A DNA stretch of 63,937 nt, counting the filler, from Hausera hauseri (Eukaryota): assembly GCA_046269625.1 (NCBI GenBank). It is 13 parts of 13 records of this genome, joined end to end, with 100 filler letters (N's around TTAATTAATTAA, not from the genome) between each part and the next. Parts side by side here need not be neighbours in the genome. Positions count along the whole stretch, not along the records: positions 34,157 to 38,356 come from JBJURY010705104.1; positions 38,457 to 43,843 come from JBJURY010264731.1; positions 43,944 to 50,432 come from JBJURY010094320.1; 10 more parts are not named here. One strand, given 5' to 3'. Below, in pieces: positions 34,565 through 48,056 of this stretch. The notes below the pieces were generated by a model that saw only the letters and a program-made list of their open reading frames with translations, did not search any database and was not told the origin of the DNA. Numbering within the stretch: position 1 is the stretch's first letter; each line of letters starts with the position of its first letter. The position numbers and the translations under genes are program-made.

Positions 34565-37500
34565 ATGCGTTCATGTAAAAATATGGGCCCAAATAATGCG
34601 ATGGTTCCCATTGCACAAAAATGCACAGTGAGGAGGAGATTAAGTGCGCTGACGGATTGTGATAGCACAAATTGTGATCAGATTAAATTGATAAACGGAG
34701 TGAACGATTCTAGTCAAAAGCAGAGTGTTAATAAATTTAGAATTGAGGAAATGACCTCCCTTCAAATGTCAGATGATTCTGTAGAGGCAGATGAAAATAT
34801 AGTAACCAATGAAAATGATCAAAATAAATGCACACAGATGACTCCTGATTCTCAAAAGTGCACAGTTGGAAGAAGACTGAGTGCAACAGTAAATGATAGT
34901 GCAGATCATGAGCAAGCTTCGTGTATAAGTAAAGTGGAAGATTCTGGAAAACTGATGCGGCTTGATGCTGAGGAAGTCGCCCCTCATCCAGTGTCACATG
35001 ACTTCAAGAGTGCAGCTGAATTTCTGGTGGCTGATAAAAATTGTGCAAATGAATTCGTGATTTCTCGACCTCAGATGAGTACAAGTAAAAGATTGAGTGG
35101 GTCAACCAGTGCTGATGGTGCGTTGCGTGAAGAAGTTCATCATGTGAGTAAAGAGAAGAATTCTGTACAAGGAAATATGCTTCATGAACATGATGCTATG
35201 GAAATGACAGCTTATAAAATGTTGAATGTTTCTAAAGATAACAAGGATGATAAACATGATAACAGCGAATGCACACAAAATGTGATAATTCCAAATCCTG
35301 AAATGTGCTCAGTCGGGAGAAGATTGTGCGCATTTACAAATATTGATGGCCCAGGTCAGGTTCAGTGTGAAGTAACAGATTCTGAACAACAGACTAAGAG
35401 TGTTGAATGTGTCACCCATCATCAGATGCTCAATGTTTCCAATCAAATGGAAGCTGATGGAAATGATGAAAGCACACAAAATTTGATTATTCGTCGTTCA
35501 CAGAGAAGCAGAATCTGGAAAAGATTGAGTGCTCTGTCTAATTCTGAACATCAGAACCATGATCAGATTCATTGCATGGATGACTTGNNNNNNNNNNCTA
35601 TTTAAAATGGTTTAATTTTGTTTTCACCTTAACTCAAACATAAAAAAAAACGTTTAGGGCAGTTCAAGCATTGCTGTTTTGTGGATTTTATATTAATTTG
35701 AATTCTCCTTTGTTTTTTTCTGGAAGCTCTCCATCATTAATTTGGTCTTGATAAAGATTCTGTGAGAGCAGAAGCTAATGTTGATGAACAAGAGGCTAAT
35801 TGTTTATCCTTGCATCAAATGTGGAATGTGTCTCAAGATAAAAGTGTGATGGATGTGTCTCAAGACAAAGGTGTGATGGATGTGGATGTATCTCAAGACA
35901 AAGTTGTGATAGATGTACGTGAAGACAAAAAAGTGGTGGCTGCAGAAAATGTAAATCAGTGTTTACAAAATGTGATGAGTTCTGTTGGGCAGACACACAC
36001 TATCGAGAGCTTGAATAAACAGATTAGCTTTGATAAGACACAAAATGATCAAGTTCATTGTGTTAGTGATTCTGTACAGGGAAATGGGTATCAAGTTGAT
36101 AAACCTGAAGCTAAAGAAGCTGCAGTTGAAATTTGTGAAGAAGCAGGTGCAAAAATGGAGCCTGGTGGAAGTGAAACAAATAAATGCATACATGAGATGG
36201 TCTTTAATGCTCAAACTGACTTTGATCACCAAGACAAAGATCAAGTTCAGCTTGTAGTTGAAGTGAAGGATACTCACATAGAAGAAAGTGAAGGTGATAA
36301 ACTTGAATCTAAGAAAGTGTTGCCTCATGAAACGTTGAACATTTCTGGAGATGAAGTTAAAGATACAGAGGCTGATAAAAGCCACTTGACACACAAGATG
36401 GTCTGTAACACACAAACTGACTTTGATCACCAAGACAATGGCCAAGTTCAGCTTGTAGGTGAAGTGAAGGATGCTCAAACTGACTTGGATCACCAAGACA
36501 ATGGCCAAGTTCAGCTTGTAGGTGAAGTGAAGGATGCTCAATCTGACTTGGATCACCAAGACAGTGGCCAAGTTCAGCTTGTAGGTGAAGTGAAGGATGC
36601 TCAAACTGACTTTGATCACCAAGACAATGGCCAAGTTCAGCTTGTAGATGAAGTGAAAAATGTTCAAATAGAAAAAAATGAGGCTGATAACCTTGTATCT
36701 AAGAAAGTGATTCCTCATCAGGTGTTGAATATTTCTGGAGATGAAGCTGAGTGTGATGAAAGTGATACAAGCCACTTGACACACAAGATGGTCTGTAATG
36801 CTCAAACTGAATTTGATCACCAAGACATTGGCCAAGTTCAGCTTGTAAGTGAAATGAAGGATACTCGGATAGAAGAAATCGAGGGTGATAAATTTAAAGC
36901 TATGGAAGCGATCCCTCATAAAATATTGGATACTTCTGAACAAGCAAATATGGAAACTGATGAGAACTATAAAAATCCTTGTATATATATGGTGACCACT
37001 GATGCTCAGACCGACTTCAAACACCAAGACAACGACCAGGTTCATCTTATAAGCAAAATGATGGATGCTCGAGCAGAAGAATATGAGGTTGAGCTTGAAT
37101 CTAAGGAAGTAACTCCTCATAAAATTGTGAATGCTTTTCAAGATACGAAGGCTGATAGAAAAGACACACAAGTAACTAATCTTAATAGTTCGCATGACGA
37201 TCAGAACTGGTATATGAGTGAAGTTAAACATTCTGAACAAGATGAAGATGGTGGTGATAATTTGATCCCTCTTAAGGTGTTGGATTTTTCTAAGGACATG
37301 ATACAACTGGCTGTGAATTTAGATAGTCCAAGTCATGAACAGATTCAGTGTATAAATGAAGCAGAAAATTATCAGTATGGAGAAAATGAATACGAAGTAA
37401 CTAAAGCGACAGTCCCTCAGGAGTTTGATGATTCTGAAGATACAATTTTGTATCCTATCAGTTTTGATAGTCCAGGTCATGAACAAGATCAGTTTACAAA

Positions 37501-38356
37501 TGAAACAGAACAAAATCAGGTTGATGAGCCTGAAATCCAGGAGGCGGATGTGCAACAAATGTTTGAAGGTGTAACACAGAAGAATGTTTGTTTTAATGTG
37601 TTTGCAAGTAATAGGTGCAGCAGTTCGAAAATGCCACATGTGGGGATCACTGTTTCATTCATGGATAATAATGAGGACCGGCCTGGTGCTAGGCATGTGG
37701 AGTGTAAAATGGATCTGTTGGATGTTGCAAAACGAAGCTTGAGTAAAGGTCAGTCTAATAGATCTAATAAAATTGAAGAGTTGAATTTAATGAGGAACAG
37801 AAAGAAGTCTTGCAGTGAGTTACATTCATGCGATTTGGATATGATTCCTCTTACTTGTAGTGCTGACAAAGCAAAACAAAGAATTGAATCATATGATAGT
37901 AGGACAGAATACAAGAACACACAGCATAGTGGAACGGAAAGTTTTGCCAGCATAAATACAGTTTTTTCTACTCCAGAAGGCTACCAGGTAAAGAGTACTG
38001 AAAAATCAGCAATGATGGATGGGGGAGCTATAAATAAAAGATTAAAAGAATCGATTGTGAAGCAAGCATCCAACTTCTCTGAAACATTAGTGACACCTTT
38101 AACAAAATTTAATGAGGAAAGCAAAACTGGCATGTCTCCATTCATGGCCACGAGTAGTGGTGAAAAAATTATTTGCAAAGTCAGCAGACAGAGAGATGAA
38201 AAGAAAAGCAGAGTAAGCAGAAGTTTGTTCAAGTATGTTGGTGCCATGCAAACCTCTGATCTAACGAAAATGTTGACTGGCTGTGTGGTAAACCTAGGTG
38301 AAAAAATTGCTCACAACAGCCTACCTGAAAGTGACGGACATGGGGATAAAGTCAAT
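34565..38356 (+). CDS. Giant acidic, internally repetitive exon (over 1200 aa) of an unidentified gene, split at about 35588-35750
   Basis: ORFs 34565-35587 and about 35753-38356 share repeat motifs (QKCTVGRRLSA, DQVHC, HQMLNVS). Open to the contig end. Confidence 0.75.
36412..36663 (+). repeat. 63-bp coding tandem repeat x4 (QTDFDHQDNGQVQLVGEVKDA) within longer units of about 200 bp
   Basis: Units start near 36413, 36476, 36539 and 36602. Related single copies lie near 36212, 36803 and 37007. Confidence 0.92.
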
Positions 38357-38456
38357 NNNNNNNNNNNNNNNNNNNNNNNNNNNNNNNNNNNNNNNNNNNN
38401 TTAATTAATTAANNNNNNNNNNNNNNNNNNNNNNNNNNNNNNNNNNNNNNNNNNNN

Positions 38457-39225
38457 GACCTATTCAGCAGATTTTCAACAGTTTTGCCGTATAAGCTGTT
38501 GTTCTTAAGCTTACAAAAGTCTTTTACAAAAGGATTATTTGCTGCAGCCTCCTTTGAAGTGTTTAAATCAATTTAATCCTTAAAATTATATCCCTGGTCA
38601 AACTCAGCGGTCCAATGTACCTTTTCAACTACAGCACCTAACTCGATATACAACTGTAAGAGGCGATAGTGAACAACACAGTTGGACTTACGGTCATGTA
38701 CAAGTAGCTGTTGCTTAACTTTTGAACCAGGAGGACATTTATTAATTTGGGGTAGAGGTTGCTGCTCTAACTTTTCATGTTTGTCAACTGGAATGCTTAA
38801 CTCGACTTCAAAGACTAAGCCTCGTTTTTCCCTAACACCGTCAATATAGGGCAATTGTTCAGTTAGACTGTTTAACTTATTTTCATCACATATCCATACT
38901 AAATTCGCAAATGGCAGTGGTTGCAATAAAGCCCGGCCGTATAAATTATTTACATCTANNNNNNNNNNCATTCAACCGCGAATACCCGAATGAAAGAAAT
39001 AGTACATTTCAGGGTCGTGCACAAGTTTAATACGGCACGGACTGGTTTTCAGTGCAGTTGCCCAAGATAAACTGGGAATTGAAACGAAGTTAACGGCTTC
39101 TAATCCATCTTGCATCTTAACCTCCTTTCCAAACCGTTCAAAAACATCGCCTAACAAGTATACGTCGAGCTTCATGTATACCAACATATAATCTAAAAGA
39201 CAGCTACAACTGTATTTTGACTGAA
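38457..39225 (-). mobile_element. Second Polinton-type pPolB fragment (polymerase core), decayed
   Basis: KLDVYLLGDVFERF, SIPSLSWATALK, GIRG, DVNNLYGRAL and KLKNNSLYGKTVENL. Confidence 0.9.
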
Positions 39226-39499
39226 CCAGTTGTGCCTCCCCATAATCGGTATAATATATTATTCGGGATTAACATATCCAACAGATACGATTATGGTAAA
39301 AAATTCCAATGGAAATTTGACAAACTTCTATAGGCGATTGTCTGTGTTTGCCTCTTCAAAACTTTTAGAATATTACTTTGTAAATTCTTTCGATCAAATT
39401 TTTCTTCGAGATCCTTTCTACGCATTGACAAAAAGGGAATTAAAAACACACTACAGTATTCACGATAAGAGTTACAGAAAAGAACTTCAATATGGTATA

Positions 39500-40230
39500 A
39501 ACAGAATTCAAAAGCGAACTTTTCGAAGAATATGGTGACAATATTTTAATTTATAAACGCGAAAAATATGTATTATTTAAACAAAAAAATTGTGCAACAA
39601 TCAATGACATATAAAAGAAAGGGTCAGTAAATCCTGCACAATTAACGAATTTCGAATTTGAACGCAATTTTCCACTTAAAAACCATTTTACTGACGATAA
39701 TATTTATATTTGTATCAATTTCGGTATTACCGGAACGTTTCGAATAATTCTTTAATTCTCCCGGCATTCGGGTGGTTAACATTTGTGAGAAAATAATATT
39801 GGAATTTTTTGTTCGCGATGTAATGAAGTGATTCGTTAATGATTTGAAATTTCAATCGGTAACAACATCACCGTTGAGAAAAAAAGTTCTTTTCAAATTC
39901 TTCATTATGTAAAATACGAATGATTTCGAAAATACTAATTTTTGAGGACGAAAACGAAAATCGATTTTGACATCATCGTCAACGAATTCTTTGTAATTGA
40001 CACGTTTTAAGTAGGCTTTCAATTCATTTTCATGAGTCGATGAGATAAAATGAAATTTCTAAATTTCCCATCCAATAGTTTCAGCATGGTATAATGTAAG
40101 ACGGGGACGTTACCCAGTGGAACAAGACAGCGGGAGATTCGATACAGCATAGGTCGCAGATATGATCCATCGTCGTTAATAACAATAACGGCATTATTAA
40201 CTTTTTCTGCTAATTCACATTTTTTCGGCA
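39500..40230 (-). pseudogene. eIF2B-epsilon-like nucleotidyltransferase-fold N-terminal domain, intronless and decayed
   Basis: AVIVINDDGSYLRPMLYRISRCLVPLGNVPVLHYTM, then across frameshifts SIFEIIRILH and FLNGDVVTD*NFKSLTNHF. The pattern fits eIF2B epsilon/gamma. Confidence 0.65.
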
Positions 40231-40295
40231 TATTTGTGAACGGATCAGTGGAATTAGTCTGCTTCGTCAATGTTTCGTTACAAATCAATTTTTAT

Positions 40296-40790
40296 TTACA
40301 GTACTGACTTGTTCGATTTTTTTTGAGGCGAAAAGAAAAATTGAGATTGAGGATAGATATTGGCGGGAATCATGAATAAATTGGAAATAGGCATCAAAGA
40401 ATTCAATATAGGCACCATACCATTTGTCGATCCAAATGGTTCGGACATTTTAGTATTAAAATCCGATTTTGGAGTGATTACCTCTGTGTATGAAGTATTT
40501 GTTGATGTGGATGAACCACCAGAATTGGAATGTTCTCTTATAACTAAATTAACCGTATTGTGATCCATTGACAGAATATCCGATTACCGAAGATTTACAA
40601 TTAAGGAAATAAATTTTTTAAACGCGCCTTCAGCAAACCCTAAATTGTTAAGTCTTTTTTCACTTATGGAAAAGAAATATCCAGAAGTAATGTTGTTTAG
40701 ATAGGAATGACATTTGTGAAGTCTGACATGTTTTAACCAGTCAAGGAAATTTCCGATATGACATTGTGTTTGCTTGCAGAGTTTGAAGTT
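40296..40790 (-). pseudogene. Smaug/SAMD4/Vts1-type RNA-binding SAM domain fragment
   Basis: DWLKHVRLHKCHSYL...SEKRLNNLGFAEGAFKKFISLIVNL matches WLKSLRLHKY...TKGARHKI. It continues in frame past a TAA into 40296-40568. Confidence 0.72.
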
Positions 40791-40799
40791 GGGGAAAAA

Positions 40800-43700
40800 A
40801 TTGTCGGATTTTTGTGTAAGTGTTGCGTTGTGCAAAGACGAGGTAGAAAGGAGAAGGAGAAGGTGAAGGAGGAAGAGAGATTGTTGGTGACGGATGGTTG
40901 GAGGTGTTCAAGAGAGTGTTAGAAGACAATGGACTGACAGAAGGTGTAGTGGCGGATGGAGGAGGAGAGACGAAAATTGAAGTAGAAATTGGAATTGTGT
41001 TAGGCGAAAGAGTAGCAGTAGAAAATGAAACAGGGGTAGTAGTAGAGATAGGAATAGAAGTAGAAGGTGTAGAAAATGATAAAGCAGAACTATGATCAGA
41101 AGGAGGAGGTGAAACTGGTGTAGCAACGGATAGAGGAACAGCAGGAGGTGTATGAATGAGAAAAGAGGTTGACGTGTCGATTGGTGAAATGTTGTCGACG
41201 AAGAAGGCGGGCTTTAAGTTGGTAATACGCTCTATAAGTTCTTTGCCGTCTTTAGAAATAATAGCGTTTTGCGAATGTAGTTGTACCAGATTATAGTGTC
41301 CCAGATACCGCAATTGGAAACCGCACGGCGTTTGATTTTTTAGCCATACGAATTTTGCCGAATACATGTCTTCGGGTAAATATGTTTTGTTCTTGTAAAG
41401 TAACCTGCAGAACGAATATTTACTGACCGTAACGAAATGATTTTGCGCCGCCCGTATCGTTTCATCTGTAGGAGTGTCATCTAGGACAGTTAGTTCGAAT
41501 AGTGATCATACAAGATCTTTGAATAAGGCTTCAGTAGGTGAGCATCCCGTAGAAGTAGACGGAGTGTTCTGCCAGCCGAGCAGAACAAACGGAAGAAAAT
41601 TTGTCCAACTAGTGTTGGACTCTGCCAGAATTCTTAGTGACGTTTTCAATGTTCGGTGGAAGCGTTCTAGGAGGCCGTTCGATTGGGGATGATAAGGCGT
41701 ACTATGTATGTGATGGATCCCCAATCGCTTAGCAAGGGATTTGTACATTTTGGATTCAAACTGTGGACCTTGGTCCGTGATGATGAAACGAGGTGATCCA
41801 AACCTGCTAATCCATGTACGAATAAAAACTTCAGCTATAGTGTCGGTATTTGTGCTCCCCATAGGGATGGCTTCTTGCCATCGCGAGGAACAATCAATCA
41901 TGGTGAGGATGAATTGATGACCGTCGTCTGGAGGAAGAGGGCCGACGATGTTGATATGCTCGGATTCGAAACGCGATGTGCAGGGAAAGTGGAACAGTGG
42001 TGGCTTTAAATGCTTAGTTGTTTTGGAGTTTTTGCAAGCCATACACTCCTTAACCCATGCCTGCACATTGGAACGCATTGACGGCCAAATTACTTGTCCG
42101 TGGAGTAAACTAAAAGTGGCTTTAGCACCGTGGTGGTGTAGCGAATGTACACTGTTAAACGCTTGCCCTTGCAAAGGTGGTGCAAGAATTATTATGGAAT
42201 GACCTGATTTGGAAGTGTCTAAATCCACGCCGTCAACGATTGTGCAAGACTTGAAAGAATTAAGCATGTCTTGAGGTGGCTGGTTTTGTTGAAATTGAGC
42301 TGGCGTAAAAATCAGTGAAAAATTAATCGAACTAACCGACCTAGATAAAAAATCGGCAACTAAATTATTAACCCCGTTAATGTATTTTATGTCAAAGTTA
42401 AATGTCGATAAGTATGATATCTATCGTTCTTGGCGTGTGGAAGGATGTTTCATAGTCATGATGTTAAGTAAGTAGTTTGTGATCGGTCTGTATAGTAAAA
42501 TGGCGAGCGACAAGTAGGTGGGAGAAATGCTTTAAAGAAAGAACGATAGCCAATGATTCTTGATCGTACGTTGAATATCTAATTTCAGGGGATGTTAGCT
42601 TACGAGAGAAAAATTCCAGCGGTTGATTTTCGCCTTTGTGGAATTGGTGGAGTACACCACCTACTGCAGTGGTTGAAGCGTCTGTAGTAAGGATGATTTC
42701 CGCATCAGGCTTGGGGAAAGCAAGAATGTCGACGGTCTTGATTCCTTCGCGTAGCTTATCAAACTTGTCACCCAATTCAGGTTTCTACTGGATTGGCTGA
42801 TGTTTTTTACCGCCGCTTAAGTGTGAAAATTGTGCTGTCAATTCAGAGCAATATGGTACATATTTATGTACAAAGTATAGTGTACCAAGGAAGCTGCGCA
42901 TTTCCGTGGTCGTACGTGGTAACTGGATATTCTTAAGTGCTTCAACTCGGTCTGGTGGAGGAGAGTGGCCGTCGGGTGAAATAACATGGCCTAAAAAGTT
43001 GATGCACTTTTTGAAGAAATAGAATTTGTCGAAATTGAGTTGGAGATTATGGTGGTTAAGACTTTGGAATACTGCGCTAAGGTGTTCCTCGTGTTGTTTG
43101 GCCGAAGAGGAAACGATCAGAATATCAGCAATTTAATAATACGCAAAAGGAAAATCTGAGAGAATTGAGTCAATATGTTGCTGAAAAGTCTGTGCGGCAT
43201 TTCTCAAACCGAATGGCATAAACAGGTACTAGTAGAGGCCAAAATGGGTAGTGACAGCAGTTTTTTCTATGTCTTCGGTGCCACCGGTATTTGGTGATAT
43301 GCTTTGCTAAATCAATGGTCGAATAGATTGTGATTGAATTAAGACGATGCAAGATATCCTTGATGAGTGGCAGGGGGTACGCATCCATAATTGTTAAGTT
43401 GTTCAACGGTCGGTAATCACCGCATGGTCTAAAAGTTCCCTCCTTTTTTGTACGACATGTAAAGGTGATGACCAAGGAGATTTGGAATGGTGTACAATGC
43501 CGGAGCGTTCTAGTTCAAGAAATTCGGCTTCTACGGCTTGACTTTGACGATGTAACAGTGGTCGTACCTTTTGGCATATCGGTCGATGATGCTGTGTAAT
43601 TATGTGATGTACAGTGCTGTTTGCAGGAGTAAAAGTACGATCTTTTTTGAGTACTCGTGGATATGATGTGTTGACGAATTGCTGAAAAGTTGTAGACAAC

Positions 43701-43843
43701 TGTGAGAGATTCGGTGATGATGGTGAAGCGGCTTGAGTAGTAGTGGATGCAATGTGTAAATTGTTTGGTGATGTGCAGTCAAGTGGTATTTGGTTTAAGA
43801 TGGTTGAATTGAAAATGGTGTTGGATGAAATATTTTCGTCGAA
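40800..43843 (-). mobile_element. Ty3/Gypsy pol (RT, RNase H, integrase, S/P/T-rich tail), decayed; same family as 16590-19424
   Basis: SKSPWSSPLHVV, RPCGDYRPLN, MPFGLRNAAQTFQ, LTTDASTTAVGGVL, ITDQGPQFES and PYHPQSNGLLERFHR. Shares YSAKFVWLKNQ with the other copy. Confidence 0.95.
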
Positions 43844-43943
43844 NNNNNNNNNNNNNNNNNNNNNNNNNNNNNNNNNNNNNNNNNNNNTTAATTAATTAAN
43901 NNNNNNNNNNNNNNNNNNNNNNNNNNNNNNNNNNNNNNNNNNN

Positions 43944-44330
43944 GACGACTCTATGAATATAGCCAAAATCGAAATTTCGATAATAAGATGGATAAGAATC
44001 CCCTTTATGGGAACAAAGGCTTCGACAATAATCAGAATTCAAATAACGTGAACGCGAAGCCAAACTACAACGCGAACCAAGATGGTTATAAGGGCAATAA
44101 CAAAAATTTTAAATATGAGGCCGGAAACAGATACAATGATTTTAGAAACAATGAAAACAAATATGGCGGAAGTAGTCGGATAGAATTCTTAAATCAGGGC
44201 TATTCTACGAACGACTGCCGCTCAAAATCACTCATAAATGAGGACAGTCGACAAAGGATTGGTAGAAACGGGAATCTAATATGCTATACATGCGGCAAGG
44301 AAGGCCACATAGCACGATAATGCCCAAATC
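43944..44330 (+). pseudogene. gag: Gag C-terminus with CCHC zinc knuckle
   Basis: An N/G/Y-rich tract followed by CYTCGKEGHIAR*C (CX2CX4HX4C with a stop just before the last Cys). Confidence 0.88.
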
Positions 44331-44399
44331 CTCGAAGCGTATCGTTTACCGAACCGATTAAGGTAAGCTGAAAAGTTAACGAGAAACAAACAATCCGCA

Positions 44400-47300
44400 A
44401 ATCCTGATGGCTTGAAAGGAATATGAGGATAACGTACGAATATTAGAAGTATATCATGGACTAGTTGAACCTCGAACAAAATATGAGCACTTAATAGCGC
44501 CAGATAACAGTAATGTGGTTCGCAAGAAGAACGTGCCTGTAAAGCCCGTAGCAACAGAAGAGGCAAGCAAGGTGGAAGTAGCAGAGACATCGCCCAGCGT
44601 AGACTTGGACGCTGAATCTGAAAATCTGGCAAAAGGACATCAAGATGTGGCTGATGAAATCGAGAGTGAATATATAGCTCCATTAGTACTTAAAATAACG
44701 AAAAATAGAGGTCATAGTCCATCAATTAAAAGGAAGCCAAAAGGTCGATCAAGATCGCCATTAAAAAGAAATGCTCACATAGAGGACATCCCGAACTTAG
44801 ACACTCCAGATGTGGAGCTTGCTGAAGTTCCAGGTATTCCAAGTACAAGCGTAACCGTAGGAGACGCAAACAGTGAGATAAACGAGATATGTTTACTGCC
44901 AGATAATGAAGGCGAAACTGATTGTATGGAGCCAATTAAAAAGCTAGACGGAAAAGTGTGGAGGATCAGAAAGTCCTGGAAAAATGCAGATAAATTAAAA
45001 GAAATTAGGATGGCGCCAACAGATACGGAGACGATAAGTCACAACCTGAAAGAATTAAGGCATATAAAAACTCAAGTAGATGTGTCTGGAAAAGAACAGC
45101 ATTTCGCCGAAAGAATTTATAAAGAATTTAAACGATACCTTCAAGAAGACGTTAGCAGGGAGAAAGAAGCAGAGGAAGTGAATGAAATTGTGGAGAAAAC
45201 GATTAAAAAATGAAAAACAAAACTATATTCATGGGTAAAAAGCGGAATTGACTTCACCGCCACATGGAATAATCAAGAAATAGAAATTAAGACTAAAGTG
45301 GCGACCGCCCAAGGATTACTAAATGACGCTAGAAACGGATCCAAAACAGAAGCTAATAAAACGGAACTTAGAGAAATTAATGGTAGAAATAGAGAGTGCA
45401 GTAATCTATCACCTCAAAAATAAACCAATATACGAATTGGATGAAAACGAATTTTTAATACTAGGCATAGAACCGGTAGACATTCCTCTCATAATGGAAA
45501 TGCGTAAGATCGCGTACAGCGCACCCAAAGAATATGCGGACATAGGAATTCACATAGCCTTGCAAGATAAAAGGCGCTCCGAAATCTACAAACGTAGGAA
45601 TAAAATAACGTATGCAGAGAACCAAGAAGGACAAAACATAACGAAAACATGTACTTTAGAACTGGTCGAATACAAGAAGTAAGTTAACTACGTTAGAGGA
45701 GTAATGGACTATATTAAAGGTCCGGTCGATAAATTGAACGACGCCTGCGAACGATTAGAAAACGTAATAAACGCCAAACCAGTGATAGATAACCAACTCA
45801 AATAATGGATTGAACTGTTAGACAGATTAGTGAGTCTAAGGAAATATCGTATAAGGAAGTATTTGGAATGTGAACCAATATTAAAACAACAGTTAAAGGA
45901 AATACTACGTAACTTATATGCTTACAAAATAGAGGCAAACCTTTGGGTTGAATTTAACGCATTACCGAGACTAAGATTCATGAATAAAAATCAGTAAATA
46001 AAACTCACAGAAGAATTGTATACCATGAACGAAGAAATGGAATTATCGGCGAAACAGAAAAAGATCTCATCATTATCGATGAGACTAAAGGGTGTCCGTC
46101 TAGAAGGTGTACGACAATTGGTAACAAGGCCCATAGATGAAATATCCATATGTGATATATCGACCTTGGATATTTGCCCAAATCATCGGACCGCGTTAGA
46201 AGAAGTATTAAAATATCTACATCGTCCTTTTGAGTGGGCATCAGATACCGACTAGAATTTTCACGTTGAATTAATAGAAATAACCAAAGATCATCGCCTC
46301 ACACCAGATGACGCTAAATTCGTAAAGAGACTGATTGAAGAAATAGATCCAGAGTCGAAGACTCTAAAAGAAATGCGCGAAATAATATCACCACTATCGA
46401 CAATGGCAGAAATAGATAACGACAAGACACGACAACTAGTAACTCAAGTTAAAGATATAGAAGAATTGCGACTTCGCACAAAGCAAACAACTACGAAGCT
46501 AGATGAATTAGGCAAAGAATTGGAGACTTATAAAAATAAATATAAGATCACGCAATCAGAGTTGACGAATAAAAGACAATTCGTACAAAGAAGGTTAACG
46601 GATGTAACGACAAAATTAACAAAATATGAAAGAAAAGGACTGTTTCCTACAGACGAACTAGGTCCAACATTAAAAACGATACAATTGACATGTGGGATCG
46701 GAGCAGAATTTAGGACCAACTTAATGAAAGAGGTACAGTCAAGATTAAATGAGATCCGCAAAAATGTACGAAGTACGTCCACGATATTACTTGATTATGG
46801 ATTACCAGACGTCGCAGACGACATGGGATTGAATGCTTATTTGGAAGATATGTACAACCAAAACCCAAAAACACCCATCCAACTTTAACAAAAGGATATT
46901 TTTTTAACAGACCGATGATTTAATATGGAGATGCTCTTGGATCCCACACGGGCCGAGAGAGAATTAATTGAGCAGATTAACGTCAACATGATGGAGAGCA
47001 AACTGAGTCAGTGGATCCCTACACTAACCAACTTTCGAGCGAAAATACCATTTATAGCTCAGTACCCAAACTGTTGATAAAGAAATACGCTGATTTCTTG
47101 AAATCTAAACCCGAAACAACCATTAAGGTTAAAATATCAGCTGAATGGATGGAAGAGAAATTGAATGTACAACGATAACATTGGGTAGAGAAGTAAAACA
47201 ATGAATAGTACAAAATAGTGGGAAAGGCGAAGTAAATTATCGGTTATATTTCCGAGGTAAGATACTGGACGAACCTGAGCTACTAATAAACACTGGAATT

Positions 47301-48056
47301 ATTCTAGAGGAATCTAATCGAATAATGGCTATAATTACTGACGAACAGACAAAGGACGAGGCTGTAAAGAAAGTGAGAGGCGAACATTACGCAGGACGCA
47401 TTATGGGAATCCGAGACCCTGCCATGTGTTTTGACTACCTCCAAAGTGAGGAAGATAAGGAACAATATGATAAGAATCTAGTACAGATTAGCGAAGCAAT
47501 AACAACTGCGCCGGAACAGAAACGACCAGTTAGAAGGCCGAGGAAAATAAGAGATGATATTGACCAAAGTGCAGCCCCGATACGAGAACTAAGGCAACTA
47601 TCCATGCCCGCGATTAACTCCGATAGCGAAGAATTAAACAAGTTGCTGAGAAACATTATAAAAATAGTGAACTATTCGGGACCAAGAAACGAGATGTTGG
47701 GTGAAAAAGAAAAGGTAATATACGACGCAGCAAGGATAATCAGAACATTTCGGTTCAAAATAAACAAAAGCAACTTACCTGATGAAGTTTTAAACTAGAA
47801 AATTATGACATAGAATACTAAGGAAGAACTAAGGAAAGTAATATTGTACTTGGCGATAAAAACAAATCCCTTAAAGGAAAATGAATTCAGTAGAACCATT
47901 GGATTAATCAGAAAAGCTGCTATGAAAAAAAAGAGAGAGATAAATTGGTCAAAGCTATTTGATGACGAAGATGGAAACAGGGCGACCACTCGAATTGAAA
48001 ATGTTGTAAGAAATTTAATACCAACTGACTCAGCGCGAGGTATTGAATCAAATTGG
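44400..48056 (+). pseudogene. Large unknown coding region (about 1200 codons) between gag and env, with a coiled-coil segment
   Basis: Chain of same-strand ORFs (44515, 45323, 46016, 46373, 47325, 47844) broken by stops and frameshifts. K/E-rich heptads at about 46420-46630. No PR, RT or IN motifs. Confidence 0.75.

Noticed and set aside
35963-37306. 447-aa hydrophobic minus-strand ORF
   Set aside because: Antisense shadow of the repetitive plus-strand exon. The same applies to 21013-21582, 62077-62616, 48140-48490 and the minus ORFs inside the L2.
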